From Octopus vulgaris (lineage: Eukaryota), in contig OX597826.1 of the NCBI GenBank assembly GCA_951406725.2, positions 48,670,001-48,734,000 of the forward strand: a stretch of DNA of 64,000 nt, read 5' to 3'. The notes beneath the pieces were generated by a model, which saw nothing but the letters and a program-made list of their open reading frames with translations, ran no database searches and was not told the DNA's origin. The translations under genes were made by a program, and so were the position numbers. Positions 60,626 through 64,000 of the stretch are shown piece after piece (the stretch's first letter is position 1; each line of letters begins with the position of its first letter).

Positions 60626-60671
60626 TCTCTGATGAAGGGATATAATAAATATCCCTGAAACAGCTGTAAGA
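60626..60671 (+). ncRNA. Minimal type I hammerhead ribozyme (Penelope-type)
   Basis: Stem I TCT/AGA, core CTGATGA, stem II AGGGATAT-aataa-ATATCCCT (8 bp), GAAA, palindromic stem/loop III CAGCTG, and cleavage triplet GUA (predicted cut after 60668). Confidence 0.8.
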
Positions 60672-60887
60672 CCTTCTATTTATAAATGTTCTGAAATCTT
60701 TCACAGCCTTGGATTTTTATCTCATTCTAAAAATTATTTTTATATATATGCATGCTGATATATGACCTACGTTGGACTCCTTATTCGCATAATCACCGAA
60801 CCTGGAACTTAACTATGGTCTATCCATAGCATTTACTCTCAGCATTACCTGATACCTTTGGGTATTATTGACACCATTACCTCTCAT

Positions 60888-61134
<247 letters not shown>

Positions 61135-61200
61135 TATATATACACATATATATATATATATGTATATATATATGAGAGTATTGTAGTTTGCTTGAAGCAT

Positions 61201-61521
61201 TGTGTATTGTTTGTAAAGAATAAAAAGGTTCAGAATGGTACAACTATGCACTATAATACAGACAATGGGCAATATACCTGTTGTAAATTAGTCATCCATA
61301 GTCTGATGTGATATTTCGGAATAATATTTCTTCTTTAGATATTCTTAGATAGGGTCGCTGCTAGCAACTCCATCTAAGAATATCTGAAGAAGGAATATTA
61401 TTCCGAAATATCATATCAGACTATGGATGAGTAAATTACAACAGGTATATAGCCCATTGTCTCTATTATAGTGCATTGTTGTACCATTCTGAACCTTTTT
61501 ATTCTTTACAAACAATACACA
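61201..61521. repeat. Near-perfect palindrome, ~159-bp arms, 3-nt loop, containing a hammerhead-like motif
   Basis: TGTGTATTGTTTGTAAAGAATAAAAAGGTTCAGAATGGTACAAC... is mirrored to ...AACAATACACA. 61384-61418 reads CTGAAGA-A-GGAAT-att-ATTCC-GAAA-TATCATA-TC-A. Confidence 0.92.
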
Positions 61522-61563
61522 CATATATATATATATATATACATATGTATGTATATATACATA

Positions 61564-61602
<39 letters not shown>

Positions 61603-61623
61603 ATGTATATATGTATATATATG

Positions 61624-61655
<32 letters not shown>

Positions 61656-61718
61656 CATATATATATGAATATATATATATATATATCATCATCATCATCA
61701 TCATCATCATCGTTTAGC

Positions 61719-61751
<33 letters not shown>

Positions 61752-62457
61752 ATATATATACATATATGTATGTATGTATGTATATGTATATGTTTCTATA
61801 TGTACATATATGTGCATATGTGTGTATATATATATATACACACATTTGTCTATACATGTATTTATAAATGTGTGTGTGTGTGTATGCATGCATGAGTATG
61901 AGCTCATAATCATGTCAACATGTACATGTGGATGCATGTATGTATGCATGTATGGATGGATGCATGTATGGATGGATGCATGCATGGATGGATGTATGCC
62001 ATGCCATGCATATGAGCATATGCAGAGGGATTCCAAGCACCATCCTTCATAACCCCATAATCCGCCACCCATCAAAAGAGATGATAAGCAACAGGCCCTA
62101 CCTCTCCTCTCCCCTCCAATCCCTTTATCAATAACAATTAAGTGCAATAAAAGGATGGTGGGGTCTATGCCATTGCATTTCATTTAACAACTCTTACAAA
62201 ATTCCACCCTCATCTCCACCCCCACCCAACTCTACCCTCAACTACTCCCCACTCCACCCCCACCCAACGCTACCCTCAGCTACCCCACACACACTCACCC
62301 CACACACACACCCACCCCACCCACCAACCCATCTCATTTACAGCCCTTTTGTCTTAATCAGACTATTTTGTTCCATCTGAAACCCAACCCTGAAAACATG
62401 CAAATTTTTTCATTTTTCATGCTTATTTTACATATATTTTTAAAGTTTTCTTTCGAC

Positions 62458-63631
62458 ATTCTTCTTCTTCTTCTTCTTCTTCTTCTTCTTTTTCTTCTTC
62501 TTCTTCTTCTTCTTCTTCTTCTTCTTCTTTTTCTTCTCTTTCTTCTTTTTCTTTTCTTTCTTCTTTTTCTTCTTCTTTCTCTTCTTCTCTTTCTTCTTTT
62601 TCTTCTTTCTTTTCTTCTTTTTCTTCTTCTTATCTTTCTTCCTTTTTCTTCTTTCTCTTCTTTTCTTTCTTCTTTTTCTTCTTTCTTTTCTTCTTTTTCT
62701 TCTTTTTTCTCTTCTTTTTCTTCTTTCTCTTTTCCTTCTTCTCTTTCTTCTCTGTCTTTTTTTCTTTCTCTTCTTCTTTTCTTTCTCCTTCTCTTTCTTC
62801 TTTCTCTTCCTTCTCTTCTCTTTCTTCTTCTTCTTTTTCTTCTTCTTCTTCTTCTTCTCCCTTGCTTTATTCAACTTCTTTCACTCCATCCTCTTCATCT
62901 GTCTTCTCCTCAACATCCATTTCCTCATCCTCGTCCTTCTCTCCCTCCACATCTTTTCCACCTCATCCTTCTTCCTTCTTCCTTCTTCTCCTCCTTCTTC
63001 TCCTTCTTCCTCTCCTCTCTCTTCTTTTTCTACTTCTTCTCTTCCTTCTCCTTTAAACCCTGCTCTCACCCTCCCTCCCACTGTTGTCTTGTTCCTTACT
63101 TAATTCACCTTCTCCTCCTTCCTTCAGCCACCACCCCACTCACAACCATGAACCCCATGCCCCACCCAAGTTCCATTCCAATTCCTGGATAATCTAATGA
63201 AAGCCTCCTAATCTTCACGCAAATTCCAGAAGTGAATTTTGAATCACTTGATGGATAATCATGATGATAATGATGAAGGCACTGAGGATAATGCACTGAT
63301 GATGATGATGATGGTCGTGGTGGTTGTGGTGATAGTGTTAACAGTGATGATAGCCAAATGATGATGATGGTGATGATGATACAGATAATTATTATGACAA
63401 TGACGATGATGATGACAAAGTTAATAGTGACGATGATTATGATCATGATCGTCATTATGATGACTATGATTATGATAATTGTGATCATGATGATGATGGT
63501 TGTGGTGGTCATAGTGATGATGATAATGATGATGATGATGGTGATGGTGATGATGATGATGATGATGATGATGGTAGTAATGACGATGATGATGACGATG
63601 AAGATGATGATGATGGTGCTGGTGCTGGTGG

Positions 63632-63711
<80 letters not shown>

Positions 63712-63849
63712 GTGATGGTGATAATGATGATGGTGATGGTGATGATGATGGTGATGGTGATGATGATGATGATGGTCTTCTTAATAATGATGACGATGCT
63801 GATAATGATGATGATGATGGTCTTCTTAATAATGATGACGATGCTGATA

Positions 63850-63881
<32 letters not shown>

Positions 63882-64000
63882 AATGTTAATGATGATGGTG
63901 ATGGTGATGATGATGATGGTGATGATGATGATGGTGATGGTGATGATGATGATGATGATGGTCTTCTTAATAATGACGACGATGCTGATAATGATGATGA
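62458..64000. repeat. Degenerate (TTC)n (62458-63050) and (GAT)n (63250-64000) tracts
   Basis: Direct reading of the sequence. Confidence 0.95.

Overview
Eukaryotic, AT-rich and extremely microsatellite-dense DNA. The repeat landscape most resembles a coleoid cephalopod such as Octopus; this is an inference, not verified. No host protein-coding gene can be supported, and almost all ORFs in the supplied track are translations of simple repeats. The unique-looking sequence is mostly transposon-derived: a decayed Dong/R4 non-LTR element, an RTE LINE 3' end with many short copies, two decayed Penelope-like (RT/GIY-YIG) fragments, a full-length decayed mariner, two DD37D (maT-like) deletion derivatives, hAT and Tc/pogo MITEs, and at least three tRNA-SINE families, several with clean target-site duplications (TSDs). 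Three observations stand out. (1) Short non-coding inserts in or beside (TA)n tracts carry minimal type I hammerhead ribozyme motifs, one with an intact core at 60626-60671, and/or long fold-back arms. (2) A ~550-bp, ~99% identical non-coding element is inserted twice in a (TAA)n tract directly upstream of the Dong element. (3) The RTE 3' UTR is built from 65-bp and ~175-bp tandem modules, and two of its short copies share an identical 5' break point.
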